From contig NC_043005.1 in the NCBI RefSeq assembly GCF_006345805.1, positions 29,450,001-29,514,000 on the forward strand: DNA of 64,000 nt, given 5' to 3'. A program made the translations under genes and the position numbers. The stretch comes from Octopus sinensis. Its lineage: Eukaryota. Below are positions 13,307-25,620 of the stretch, one piece after another. Position 1 is the stretch's first letter. Each line of letters starts with the position of its first letter. The notes below the pieces were generated by a model. The model ran no database searches and was not told the DNA's origin. It saw nothing but the letters and a program-made list of their open reading frames with translations.

Positions 13307-14053
13307 TCATATGTTGTGGTGTGTGCTATTGCTCCATTCTAGTTTTCTATTCAGGCTAGGTTTATTTTCTATTATATGTGTAGCTTCTGTAATTTGTCTA
13401 ATTGTTGTATCTGTTCTATGTGTGGACAATATCTTAATATCTATGTTATTGATTGATCCCCCGTGTTCCTGTTCGGCGTGTTGGTACAGAATCGATGAGC
13501 TTTTACCTTCCTTGAGTTGTCTCCAATGTTCATTCACCCGCTCTCCTATGCTTCTTGCCGTTTCCCCTACGTATGTTATTGTCTTGTTACTGCATCGTCC
13601 CTCTATACATCTTATACTATAGACTACATTTCTGGCTTTACAGTTTGTTTGTGGGCTAAATCTACATACAGTGCAATAGTTATCCGTACAGAGGGTTTTA
13701 CTAAAAGGATAGGTTCTACCAATTAAAGATTTGATAGGGTTGCCTGGCTTTTCAACAACCTTAATTCTTAGTTTAAGTTTATCTAGGGTCCTTCTAAAGC
13801 GGTACGCCAGTTCACCTCCAGGGGTGGTGTCAACAAACATGACACTCTGGTATTTATGGCTATCATACCAAGAGTTGGCCTTCCCTATTTTCTTTTTTGT
13901 CCTTTCTATAGTGTTCCATGACTTGTTCCTATAGAGTGGGCAAATCCCATTCCTATCATTACATAATATATTATCAAATTTCTTCATGGCTCCTTTGTAT
14001 ACTCTGATCCTTTCTTTATGGCTGTAACCTGAGAACTGCATGCGGTATTTCAT
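13307..14053 (-). CDS. PLE C-terminal region: RT thumb/linker plus GIY-YIG endonuclease (5'-truncated)
   Basis: 248 aa open frame: PLYR..W, FVDTTPGGEL, C...YC..C, CKARNVVYSIRC...C...YVGETARSIGERVNEH, ITEA..I..KPSLN. The initial MKY is created by the hairpin loop. Confidence 0.85.
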   Translation of the reverse strand: MKYRMQFSGYSHKERIRVYKGAMKKFDNILCNDRNGICPLYRNKSWNTIERTKKKIGKANSWYDSHKYQSVMFVDTTPGGELAYRFRRTLDKLKLRIKVVEKPGNPIKSLIGRTYPFSKTLCTDNYCTVCRFSPQTNCKARNVVYSIRCIEGRCSNKTITYVGETARSIGERVNEHWRQLKEGKSSSILYQHAEQEHGGSINNIDIKILSTHRTDTTIRQITEATHIIENKPSLNRKLEWSNSTHHNI

Positions 14054-14408
14054 TCACCGCATGCAGTTCTCAGGTTACAGCCATAAAGAAAGGATCAGAG
14101 TATACAAAGGAGCCATGAAGAAATTTGATAATATAACTGTTTCATACATATTTCCTTCAACAATTTTTATTCATTCTTACAATACAGAAAAGAGCGAATA
14201 CATATATATATATAATATGGAAAACAAAATATAAATTACATGAATGTATATAAACAGAAGATACAAATATTACAGGCATCCCCCCCCACACTAAATAAAC
14301 ATAGACGCACATAGAGATATAAGCATGCGCAAATGAAGACATACAATAGAAATACAAAATGGCTGACGGTTAGTAAGGAGAGACACAAATACGAAAGAAG
14401 AAAACAAA

Positions 14409-14453
14409 GGACCACTGATGCGGTCACAGGAGTGTGACGAAAGAACTCTGGCC
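14409..14453 (+). ncRNA. Hammerhead-like motif (variant core CUGAUGC) in the right pLTR
   Basis: Same fold as 12700-12744, with one change in the stem II loop. Confidence 0.45.
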
Positions 14454-14632
14454 GAAATAAGATTAAGATTAATGTAAATAATTAATATAACTGAAGCAAA
14501 ATAACACCAAATATATAGTGCGTGTGTTTTTATTGGCTAAACTGGCAATATGACCATTCCGAAATATAACAATATCTGTTTCAACACACGAATTCACATA
14601 AAAAATCTTGCACAACAAATATTTAAACGTAT

Positions 14633-14700
<68 letters not shown>

Positions 14701-14984
14701 GTGTGTGTTCATTGTGTGCTTGTGTGTATCTGTGTGTATTTGTAAGTGAGTGTGCGCGCGCGCGTGTGTATGTGTGTCTTTATGTCAGTGTTTGTCTTAC
14801 AACCGCCACTTGACCACAGTTGTTGGTGTGTTTACATCGCAATAACTTAGAAGTTCGGCAAAAATAAATACCAGGCTTAAAAAAGGACTAGAGTCAATTC
14901 GTTCGACTAAGAATCTTCAAGGCGGTGCCCCAGCATGGCCGCAGTCTAAGACAAACCGACAACTGTCTCCTGAATAAAGTTGCC

Positions 14985-15320
14985 TGGAAAAAGAACTGGT
15001 GTACAAGGCTAGCATCACTTGTACGAATGGAACACTGAAATCTGGATTGGAATGAATGGAAATATCTTCAAGGAAAGACATACGCAACACTTGGTTTCGT
15101 TTAAAGACAAGAATAAAAGACATGCACATGTAGCATATTTATACTACATGGTTTGGCCCCTTAAAGAGAGAGGTGTGAACAACCCCCATATAAATTGGTG
15201 CACCGTACCTAAGGCTAACAAATATTGGGGACTAGTCAGTAATTGCAACCTCTGTAACAGAGAATTTAATTATCATAACATCAACAACAAACATGTTGAA
15301 CAATAGGGATAAAGGCTACA
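14985..15320 (+). pseudogene. Remnant GIY-YIG endonuclease of a second PLE family
   Basis: CLEKELVYKASITC, then after a frameshift IWIGMNGNIFKERHTQHLVSFK..WPLKE..INW..A..Y....CNLCNRE. This matches the PLE pattern YIG....FK.R...H..SF...W.LK..I.W...C.LC. Confidence 0.65.
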
Positions 15321-15815
15321 CCTTTTGCACACACAAACAACAATATAAACTTTGAAACTTCGAACATGACCCCTACCCAGCTTTCTACCTATCCAACTTG
15401 GATAAATTACAGACATATACCCAAGGAACTCATGCTAGAATTCTTAGCTACAGACATATGTATAACACATATTCATGGCATGGCATGATCAACAATAATA
15501 TACGAACAAAGATATAAGTGAAAAATGTATGCAAATGAACATATATCATGGTGAATTTTCAACTTCAGAGAATAATTTTACGCTCGAAACTGGTAATATG
15601 CATATGCTCAAACATCAACAAAACGCATGGTGTATGTATGTATGTATGTATGTATGTATGTATGTATGTATGTATGTATGTATGTATGTATGTATTGTAT
15701 GTATGTATGTATGTATGTATGTATGTATGTATGTATGTATGTATGTATGTATGTATGTATGTATGTACGTACGCACGTACGTATGTACTATGTACGTACG
15801 ACGTACGTACATATG

Positions 15816-15851
<36 letters not shown>

Positions 15852-15868
15852 TAAATATATATATTATA

Positions 15869-15914
<46 letters not shown>

Positions 15915-15943
15915 TATGTATATAAATATAAATATATATATAG

Positions 15944-15978
<35 letters not shown>

Positions 15979-15983
15979 TATAT

Positions 15984-16023
<40 letters not shown>

Positions 16024-16427
16024 GTATATATGACTCTCTGATGAAGCTTTGGAGTTCAATTTTTATATATGTCAATTGTAGCATACTGGATCCCCAAAGT
16101 AGAAGCAACTGTAAGAGTGGAGCTATATTTATTTATTTATTTATTTATTCCTATGATTATAGTAAATAAATCTTACTGATCTTTGTCAATTGAATCTTTT
16201 CTCCATTTTCTTCTTTGCCTTATATAAATTCTGGATAAACTCTTATTTACCTCTACTTATGCCTATTATTCAATTGTACTATTGCCTTGCAACACTAAGC
16301 CTTTGAATATAAATAGGTATCCCTCTAGTAGTATATTGGATAATTATTATCCCTTAGATGGTTGTCTAACCTCTAACTCCAATATATATATAAATATATA
16401 TATATATAGGCAAATATATATATAGTC

Positions 16428-16688
16428 AAATAATGGCGGGTAGTAAGAAAAGAGATGAGGTATTTCATATTTCATCCCAAGATTCAACTTCACAGCCACT
16501 GATATAACACTTTTCCCTTTTCTTTAAACAGACGACAATTTCGTGTTCAGGCATTCGCAATAACCGTTAATAAATTGCATGTTTTTTCATTTTATTTCGT
16601 AATAATGGCCGACACATTTAATTGTGATAAACGTATTTCATGTCATTTAATCACAGAATGTGTGCACTCGACGCAGTCTATAAAAACA
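16428..16688 (+). repeat. Left arm of a ~260-bp inverted repeat (partner 19496-19759)
   Basis: High-identity reverse-complement match seen by eye. Confidence 0.9.
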
Positions 16689-16900
16689 GCGTATTGTTAT
16701 CTAATAGGGCATAATAAAAACCTAAGTTTGGATAACTTCCGAGGGGTTCATAGTTAGGTTCAAATGTTTAACGGCACTCCTTGTATGTAAATTTGTGTGT
16801 GATAATATATTTGTGTGTATTTGTATGGATGTATTATATATGTGTGCGTGTGTGTATATGTATGTATATTTGTATGTATTTATGTATGTACGTATGTATG

Positions 16901-17451
16901 CCATTATTCAGTTTTATTTCAAGATTTCTTGCCAATAGAGAAAGAACCGGTTTCTAACCTAGATCCAAGGTTCCTTCATTGGAATTTCAACATCAACAAC
17001 AGGTTATGTATGTATATATGTGCAGATTAGTATTTTTTGTTTTATGCATATATTCTTATGCATATTGTTGCATATCTAGACATGCTCATATATACATTTA
17101 AATGATAAATTTCTGGAAAGTTTTACAGATTTTTACAGTTCCAGTGATGGATTGGATCAGTAGTCTTCGAGTTAGCTTTCTCATTTCTGGTTTTGAGAAG
17201 CCTAATTTTTCAAGATTGGCATTTAGGCAGTGTGTTACATGTCCCAGGGTCCTAATAATGATAGGTATAAATTTGAACTTGTAATCTGGATTGAGTAACT
17301 GCAGATTTCTCAATAGTTCAGCATAAGTGTTCTGTTTTTCACTGATCTTCAGCTTTATGTTAACATCCACTGGGCAGCTAATTTCCACAACTGTTCCCAG
17401 TTTCTCTTCTCTATCCCAAATCATTATATCAGGTCTGCTGTGCTTACATTT
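16901..17451 (-). mobile_element. 5'-truncated RLE-type non-LTR retrotransposon flanked by (CATA)n
   Basis: HSRPDIMIWDRE..VVEISCPVDVN..EK..TY..L..PIII..LG.V..GTVKICKTFQKF*, followed by a 3' UTR. (TATG)n lies on both sides (16881-16900 and 17452-17491). Confidence 0.8.
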
Positions 17452-17556
17452 TATGTATGTATGTATGTATGTATGTATGTATGTATGTATGTCATTATGC
17501 AGTTTATTTCAAGATTTCTTGCCAATAGAGAAAGAACTGTTTTCTAATCGAGATCC

Positions 17557-17870
17557 AGTCCTGGCTAAGAAGGAATATATTCACAGACACGACAGAGTTG
17601 GGACCTATATACGCTGGAATCTATGCCAACACTATGGAATAACAACAGAAAAAAGATGGTAAAGGCACACGCCAGAAAAGGTCATAGAAAATGAGAAAGT
17701 AACCATACTCTGGGATATACTAATACACACAGATAGAGAAATTAAGGCCAATAAGCCGGATATAGTTGTCAGAGATCATGAAGAAAAAATGCTTTCTAAT
17801 CGATGTATCAATACAAACAGATGACAGCGTTTCTCTAAAAGAAACGGCGAAACTTTCGAAATACAAAGGC
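17557..17870 (+). pseudogene. R4/Dong-like RLE fragment
   Basis: EYIHRHDRVGTYIRWNLCQHY..W*RHTPEKVIENEKVTILWD..TDREIKANKPDIV. Confidence 0.8.
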
Positions 17871-17949
17871 TGCAGGTAGTAAGCCCACTACGCATACAAG
17901 ACTCCAGGAGCACCAACAAAATTTGTGATAAAGAGAAATAATAATAACA

Positions 17950-18170
17950 ATAATTATCATTATTTCAAATTTTTATCACAATTTTTTTTTTGGGGGGGAG
18001 GCGGGGATGAGTCGATTACCTTGACCCCAGTGTTCAACTGGTACTTATTTTATAGACTCTGAAAGGATGAAAGGCAAAGTCAACCTCCGCTGAATTTGAA
18101 CTCAGAACGACGCGGCGGGCGTTAAGCATTTCGTTCAGTGTGCTAACGATTCTACCAGCTCGCCGCCTTA
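17950..18170 (-). mobile_element. tRNA/Meta-like SINE
   Basis: Same head and core as 2743-3159. Confidence 0.75.
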
Positions 18171-18189
18171 ATAATAATAATACTAATAC

Positions 18190-18249
<60 letters not shown>

Positions 18250-18252
<3 letters not shown>

Positions 18253-18844
18253 TATTAATGTCTAAGCACAGACATGACTATGTAGGTAAAAGAGTGTATG
18301 GGATGTTAGCCGAATGTGTGGTTTCAAAGGAACAGAAAAATGGTTATGAACACGAACCAGAGGATAGGATAGAAAATGAAAGTTACTGGATCTTGTGGGA
18401 CATCCCCATTAAGACTGACTATAGTAATAAAGCATGAAGACCAGATATGATTATAGAGGACAAAATAAACAAACTGTTCGATCATAGATTTTGCAATTCC
18501 TTTCGATAGCAGATATTAAAGAAACTGAAAAAAAAAAAAAAAAAAGAGAAATGTCAGGATCTAGCCAGAGAGCTGAGGAGTCTGTGGAAGACGAAGACAA
18601 CAATTATTCCTGTAGTAACTGGTGCACTTGGCACAAAACCCCAAAATTGTCACCTAAAAGACTGAAAGAGATTGGAATTGAAGCTCGCATTGTCGATCTG
18701 CAGAAAAGAATCCTAAGAAAGATTCTTGAGATCTGAGGAGACTTGGTGTCACCAGACCTCAAGAAAAAATACCTGCTAACTAAATTAGCATGAGCTAGCG
18801 AAATAATAATAATGATGATAACAACAACAATATAATAATAATAA

Positions 18845-18894
<50 letters not shown>

Positions 18895-19445
18895 TATTAA
18901 TGTCTAAGCACAGACATGACTATGTAGGTAAAAGAGTGTATGGGATGTTAGCCGAATGTGTGGTTTCAAAGGAACAGAAAAATGGTTATGAACACGAACC
19001 AGAGGATAGGATAGAAAATGAAAGTTACTGGATCTTGTGGACATCCCCATTAAGACTGACTATAGTAATAAAGCATGAAGACCAGATATGATTATAGAGG
19101 ACAAAATAAACAAACTGTTCGATCATAGATTTTGCAATTCCTTTCGATAGCAGATATTAAAGAAACTGAAAAAAAAAAAAAAAAAAAGAGAAATGTCAGG
19201 ATCTAGCCAGAGAGCTGAGGAGTCTGTGGAAGACGAAGACAACAATTATTCCTGTAGTAACTGGTGCACTTGGCACAAAACCCCAAAATTGTCACCTAAA
19301 AGACTGAAAGAGATTGGAATTGAAGCTCGCATTGTCGATCTGCAGAAAAGAATCCTAAGAAAGATTCTTGAGATCTGAGGAGACTTGGTGTCACCAGACC
19401 TCAAGAAAAAATACCTGCTAACTAAATTAGCATGAGCTAGCGAAA
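18250..19445 (+). mobile_element. Two near-identical tandem copies (period 642 bp) of a decayed R4/Dong-like 3' fragment, each in (AAT)n
   Basis: RHDYVGK, ILWDIPIKTD, RPDMII, DLARELRSLWKTKTTIIPVVTGALG. The copies start at about 18250 and 18892 and differ by about one indel plus an A-run length. Confidence 0.85.
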
Positions 19446-19495
19446 TAATAATAATGATGATAACAACAACAATAATAATAATAATAATAAAACAT

Positions 19496-19759
19496 TGTTT
19501 TATAGACTGCGTCGAGTGCACACATTCTGTGATTAAATGACATGAAATATGTTTATCGCAATTAAATGCGTCGGCCATTATTATGAAATAAAATGAAAAA
19601 AACATGCAATTTATTAACGGTTATTGCGAATGCTTGAACACGAAATTGTCGTCTGTTTAAAAAAAAAAAGGGAAAACTATTATATCACTGGCTGTGAAGT
19701 TGAATCTTGGGATGAAATATGAAATACCTCATCTCTCTTCTTACTACCCGCCATTATTT
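19496..19759 (-). repeat. Right arm of the ~260-bp inverted repeat (partner 16428-16688)
   Basis: Reverse complement of 16428-16688. Confidence 0.9.
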
Positions 19760-19832
19760 ACCCATATGTATGTGTGTGTGCGCGTGTGCATGTGTATATG
19801 TATAAATGTATGTAAGCATGCCTCTATGCATG

Positions 19833-19914
<82 letters not shown>

Positions 19915-19916
<2 letters not shown>

Positions 19917-20160
19917 TGTCCAACATCGATAATAAAAACCTAACAACATACGCCAGAAATTTTATTCCATCCGACTATGATATTTGATCTTTATTCTACA
20001 TTGAAGCCGTAAAAGCAAGTGTTTTCACACGCACAATACAGTACATATCTAACACGTCACAAGCCAATAGTAAAAAAAAAAGGAAAGTCATCTGGTTCAA
20101 CTCACTTTTCGGCCTAAACATAACTACAAATGTTGCACGCATCTTCCATATAATCATTAA
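19915..20160 (+). pseudogene. PLE linker remnant
   Basis: RKVIWFNSLFGLNITTNVARIF resembles the PLE motif RKIIWFNPP(F/Y)S.NV.TNI. Confidence 0.45.
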
Positions 20161-20272
20161 GCAACAAAATCATATCAGGGCATGCGCAAGTCTTCGATTC
20201 ATACAACAACGCTCACATTCAACAATGCAGACAACTTTTCAATCTTCTCTAACATTCCCCATCATTCACGCC

Positions 20273-20314
<42 letters not shown>

Positions 20315-20335
20315 TAGATAGACAGACAGACAGAC

Positions 20336-20391
<56 letters not shown>

Positions 20392-20485
20392 GGATAGATG
20401 GATGGATGGATAATTTGTCACGTGATGACTTGTGGTAAATATTTTATATCTTCTACACGTGAGAACTATTCTCCCGATTTTTACA

Positions 20486-20831
20486 GATCCAATCCATCAC
20501 TGGAACTGCAAAAATCTGTAAAACTTTCCAGAAGTTTGTAATTTAAATATATATGAACATGTCTAGATATGCAACTATATGCATGAGAATGCATACATAA
20601 AACATACATACATACACACATACATACATACATTCATACATACATACATACATACATACATACATACACATACATACATACATACATACATACATACATA
20701 CATACATACATACATACATACATACATACCCTGTTGTTGTTGAAATTCCAATGAAGAAACCTTGGATCTAGGTTAGAAATCAGTTCTTTCTTTATTGGCT
20801 AGAAATCTTGAAATAAACTGAATAATGACAT
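20486..20831 (+). mobile_element. Short 3' copy of the CATA-associated RLE family
   Basis: Reverse-complement match to 16901-17160 ([17 protein letters not shown]), with an expanded internal (CATA)n. Confidence 0.8.
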
Positions 20832-20876
20832 CGATAATTAGACACACATTTTCTCTCTCTGCTTATTTCTGTGTTC

Positions 20877-20912
20877 CTTTCTGTTGAAGAGCGTAGGCTC
20901 GAAACATAAAAG
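20877..20912 (+). ncRNA. Hammerhead-like motif, core CUGUUGA, in a pLTR-like fragment
   Basis: cuuu CUGUUGA a gagc guag gcuc GAAA ca UA aaag. Stem I is cuuu/aaag and stem II is gagc/gcuc. Confidence 0.5.
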
Positions 20913-21574
20913 ACTTTCTCACTTCCCGAGTGTTAATCTAATACATCTGCTTGCTGTTTACACACCCGTCTTCGTCTTTTGTTTTGTTTTTCTTTTGTAA
21001 ATTCCAATGCATATATAAATATGTGTGTATGTATATGTGAATATATACATACACATGCATATCAACATACATAAATGTATGCATGCACGCATGCATGCAT
21101 GCCTAGATGGTAGAAGTCAACTTGTGACCGAATAACACCATTTCCTAAACTCAGTAAGTCCGTACAAACGTTCCGAGAGTCCAAGAAGTTCACATGACTT
21201 TGGCTTGACTTTGGCTTGAACGGATAAAGTGTTGCACAGGATTGAGCATACTTCTTAGTGCAATCAGCCATAAAACCAGTGGTACAACAGGGGTTGAGAC
21301 GACCAGAAACCAACTGCACTTCAGGTATTTTTTACGCGAGTTAACCTTCTAGAAAAAAGTTCTAACTAGGACGAGAGGGCTTCACATCCAATGGTTCACA
21401 TGTTAATTAACCCATACATGGGGCCCGGGTCAGGGTAGACTTGAGAACAATGGTGGACAAGATGTGGGTTCATATACCCCCAAACCCTTGAACTTCGGTA
21501 TCAGTGCCCCACTACCGCATGCAGTTTAAAGACACACCCAGGACAACATACATACATACATACATACATACATA

Positions 21575-22735
21575 CAAGAACAGTAGCCAACCTGGATTTG
21601 CAATAAATACATCACATATCACCTTTAGAAGGCTACGCCGTTGCTATTCAGGAACAGGAGTTAACTTCTAAATACCAAAGCAAGAAAGCAAAGGATGCCT
21701 CTAGATTTTCTAGTTGTGACAGAAAGTTTCGATTGCGTCATACCAGTATGGAGGATATCATCATCATCATCAGTAGCTGTCCAAGAAAGTCCACAAGATA
21801 AATTTCCGTCAACTGCAACACTGACAAGATTTACGTTAAACTAGGGAATGGAGGCAGAGGCATAAGATATGTCCTGGCGACTTTTTTTTAGTGCTTCTTT
21901 CTGTCACTGGGACAACACCTATTGAATAATAAAGAGAGTAATGACTACTTCACGTGAGTACTTCAACAGCAAATGTAATGACATCATGAGATTTGGCGAA
22001 GAATATCTGAACAGATACTTTGAGTATATAGCTGTTCCATAAGAACGAAAGGTGGATGGACTGACCAACTTGAGCAGAGCCTTGGAGGAGAGATACTCAT
22101 CATACCAGCAGAAATTATGCATGAGCACATATCCTGCAAGCTAGAGAGTGGCAACAACATTGATAGGGATGGTGACCTCTCCTGGATCTTCAACAACGAT
22201 ATCACATCTTACCTACAAGAATATGTCTTTATTATCTAAGAGCGGGAGAGAGTTACAAAATACCTGATCAACAAGAGAGACAAGCTTACCTCTAGTTCGC
22301 CACGCTGCAATTAAAAATGTCGATTGTGCCATTCCAGTATCGAGAATGTCACCTGTATTATTGCCCTTCTAAAAGTCTCCAACAGATATTACCTTCCCAT
22401 GAGACATGGGATTGTCCCTAAGACCCTATACAATCCAACACGCTGAACGCATTGCCCTGAAGGCCATGTCAAAAGTACACCCGAAACAGAATGTGTCCAC
22501 ACCTTCAAAATAATAATAAAAAATACTGGTAGAACATAAAAATAAAATAAAAGCAGCAACTCAGGATAAGTACAATAGGCCAGATATTGTTCTATAGCCC
22601 AAGGAATAAAAGTCATGTATTGTTGTAGAGACCAGTCACCCGGCAGATGTGAATACTTAGTCAAAAATTGGGAAAAATGAGATAAATGGAAAACTAATGA
22701 AAAACTTAGAACTATTACGTATAGGCAATAAATTT
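21575..22735 (+). pseudogene. Decayed copies of the CATA-associated RLE family (RT end, knuckle, RLE)
   Basis: Starts right after (CATA)n. EGYAVAIQEQE, KCRLCHSSIEN, SNRYYLPMRHG, YNRPDIVL..VVETSHPADVN. Confidence 0.65.
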
Positions 22736-22769
22736 TCATCTCACTGGGCTATCTAACATCTGGTCGATC

Positions 22770-23050
22770 CAATCAACAGAACAGCCGGCTCATGAAATTA
22801 ACGTGCAAGTGGCTGAGCACTCCACAGTCACATGTACCCTTAATGTAGTTCTCAGGGATATTCAGCGTGACACAGAGTGTGACAAGGCTGGCCCCATTGA
22901 ATTAATGGTACAACTCATTTTTGTCAGCTGAGTGGACTGGAGCAACGAGAAATAAAGGACCTTGCTCGAGGACACAACGCGGCGCCGAGAATCGAACTCA
23001 CGGCCTTCCCATCATAAGCCGATTGCCCTGACCACTAAACCACGCCCCTT
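22770..23050 (-). mobile_element. Third tRNA-derived SINE family
   Basis: The minus strand has ggcgtggtttagtggtcaggg (A-box), gagttcgattctc (B-box), then gcgttgtgtcc..agcaagg. Confidence 0.7.
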
Positions 23051-24828
23051 CATGTAACACCATGTTGACATAAAAGCCTAAAAATGCTGGGGGTTCTCCA
23101 ACTGAAATAGATTGCTTTTCCTTGACAAACGTCGGCAGATTCAGGAAAAAAGGATCGGACAATGAAATATGATAATGAAATGCAAAATGAAGTGTTAATT
23201 CACAAACCCCCGACTACGACTTAATGAAATGTTATCTAAGGTCTACGAGAACTCTCAGCAAGTGACACTAACAGGTAAGTTAATTGTCTTTAAACACAAA
23301 ATGCGAGCGGTAAGTGAAAAACTTCGGTATCGTTAGAAATTACTTGAATCGTATGGTCATCCATCAATCATGGGTTTGCACAAGCAGGATGTTCGCAATA
23401 TGGAAAGCCATACCAACAAGTTCATCAAATCTCCTCCTCAAAATTATCTTGAGTAATTTTGAGGTGCGGTGCGATCTGGAATGTAAACAAACAACGCAAT
23501 AACAATGCAGTGTGGTGGTGAAGTGAGTTACGGAGTGAGTAATATGCAAACGTCTCTCCCCAAAACATGATATTACCAGAGAAACACTCCTAACACTTGT
23601 TGCAAAAATACCGAATGAAAAGATCATCTGGAAGAGAAGTGATAGTTGGTTATGGGTCGAGAAAGCTTGCGTTCTACAGAATAGCCGTCGTTAGCCTGCT
23701 TAAAAGAGCAATGAACGTTGGGTTTGATGTATGAAACCAGCTGGCAGCTGCGCGCACAGCGCTAGCGAAAAACCAGAGATGCATGTGGCCAAACGCATTC
23801 GTCTCATAACATGTCTGAATGTAATATATACTTTATACAACATGGTCCACAGAGTTATCGGTAAGAAACCAAGTTACTACTTCTGTCACTAAGAGAATTA
23901 GGGCATCACCTGGAATATTCCAGGATGACAGGTCATCTTTAATGTTTTCCGCCCCAGCAATGAACATCATGTCAGTCTAGGGATTTTGACCTTTAAATTT
24001 TGAGAAAAAAATGCGGATTATACTCGAGAATTTACGGTACTTTGGTATATTAAAACACAAAACTTAGGGGTGGGGATGGTCTCTGTATATTTTCCCCAGG
24101 TATTATGGCTAAAATATGCGATGCGATACACTGTTTTGTAGTACTGGTATATTCTACAAAACGAGAAAGATGTAGTCATTGTTTCGTCTTTCAGATGCAT
24201 ACAGAGATAAATAATTTTGCATAGGTAGAATGATTAGAGGAGGTCTTCGCGGTCATTTTAAGACCAAAACCAGCTTTCTAACTCCAGTTCTTGCTGAGAT
24301 ATCACATTCTGAAAGTCGCCTGCGTTTTTCTTAGTTTTTAAGTTGTGGCGCCTACGACAGTCTCTTTTACTAAACGTCTTTGTACTTACGAGTGTTATTA
24401 TCATAGGTCCACTTAAGGCGGTGAGTGGTATTTCGCTCGTCGCTATGCGACTTTGCCTTTCATCCTTTCGGGGTCGATAAATTAGATACCAGTCAAGTAC
24501 TGGGGTTGATGTAATCGACTAGTTCCCCTCTCCACAAATTCCAGGCCTTGTGCCTATAGTAGAAAGGATTATCGTAGGTCCACTGGACCATGAAACAATT
24601 GATCCGCACAAAAGCTTTGGAATGCTGTGAGTTCTCCAAACGAGAACAGAGCAAACTGACTCGCATTTTCCAAACGCGATCGATTAGAGATGCAACGAAA
24701 ATTTGTAAAACATTTCATGGATTCTCCATTTGAAGTTATTGGATTGAACACAAGCACGCAGTCACGAGTGCATAGGGAATGCATGCAGTCAGACGTCCAA
24801 ACACATGCATATAAACAGCATTGAAGCG

Positions 24829-24861
<33 letters not shown>

Positions 24862-25154
24862 AGTATACTAAAATAACATGCGCATTGAGTGCAAGTTTAT
24901 ACACTTAGATATGTACAAACACTCGCTTACGCATGTATGCACACACATACATATGAACACGCGGCATCCAGTTCAGATATCCTCACATTTCAAGAGCTGT
25001 CTTGACTTAAATTCAAGAGCTTTGTTACTTTTGTAGTTGTCCATTTGAATTTGGTAAAGGAAAAACTTACAAAAACCCTAAGGATACACAGACACACACA
25101 CATCGATTTCTTTTTACATTTGCGTAACTCGAAGAAGATAAATCTATAAATATT

Positions 25155-25620
25155 GGTTTCAAATTATGGCACAAGGCTAGTATTTTCAGGGGAGGAAGTA
25201 CGTCAATTAAATCGACCCCAATACGCAACTGGTACTTATTTTATCGATCTTGAAAGGATGAAAGGCAAAATCAACCTCGGCGGCGTTTGATCTCAAAACG
25301 TGAAGGTGGGCGAAATGGTGCAGAGCATTTTACTTGGCGTGCTAGTGGTTCTGCCAGCTCGCCGCCATAGGTAAATCTATAAATATTTATTTCTTTATTG
25401 CCCACAGGGTGCTAAACATAGAGGGGACAAACAAGGACAGAGAAATGGATTAAGTCGATTACATCGATCCCAGTGTGTAACTGGTACTTATTTAATCGAC
25501 CCCGAAAGAATGAAAGGGAAAGTCGACCTCGGAGGAATTTGAACCCAGAACATAACGGCAGACGAAATACAGCTAAGCATTTCGCCCGGCGTGCTAACGA
25601 TTCTGCCAGCTCGTCGCCCT
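25155..25620 (-). mobile_element. Two adjacent tRNA/Meta-like SINEs (about 25155-25368 and 25389-25620)
   Basis: Each has a head and core. TSD-like repeats taaatctataaatatt (25139 and 25373) and ataaatatt. Confidence 0.8.

Larger units (their letters stand above)
12579..14574 (-). mobile_element. Penelope-like element: 5'-truncated, with inverted pseudo-LTRs and an internal fold-back
   Basis: GIY-YIG ORF. ~355-bp inverted pLTR arms at 12579-12937 and 14220-14574. A perfect 80-bp-arm hairpin at 13967-14046/14056-14135 marks the truncation point. Confidence 0.88.

Noticed and set aside
23060-24040. Possible pogo-type transposase remnant
   Set aside because: Only a TIR-like end (tactcgagaatttacggta) is visible; no confident protein motif.
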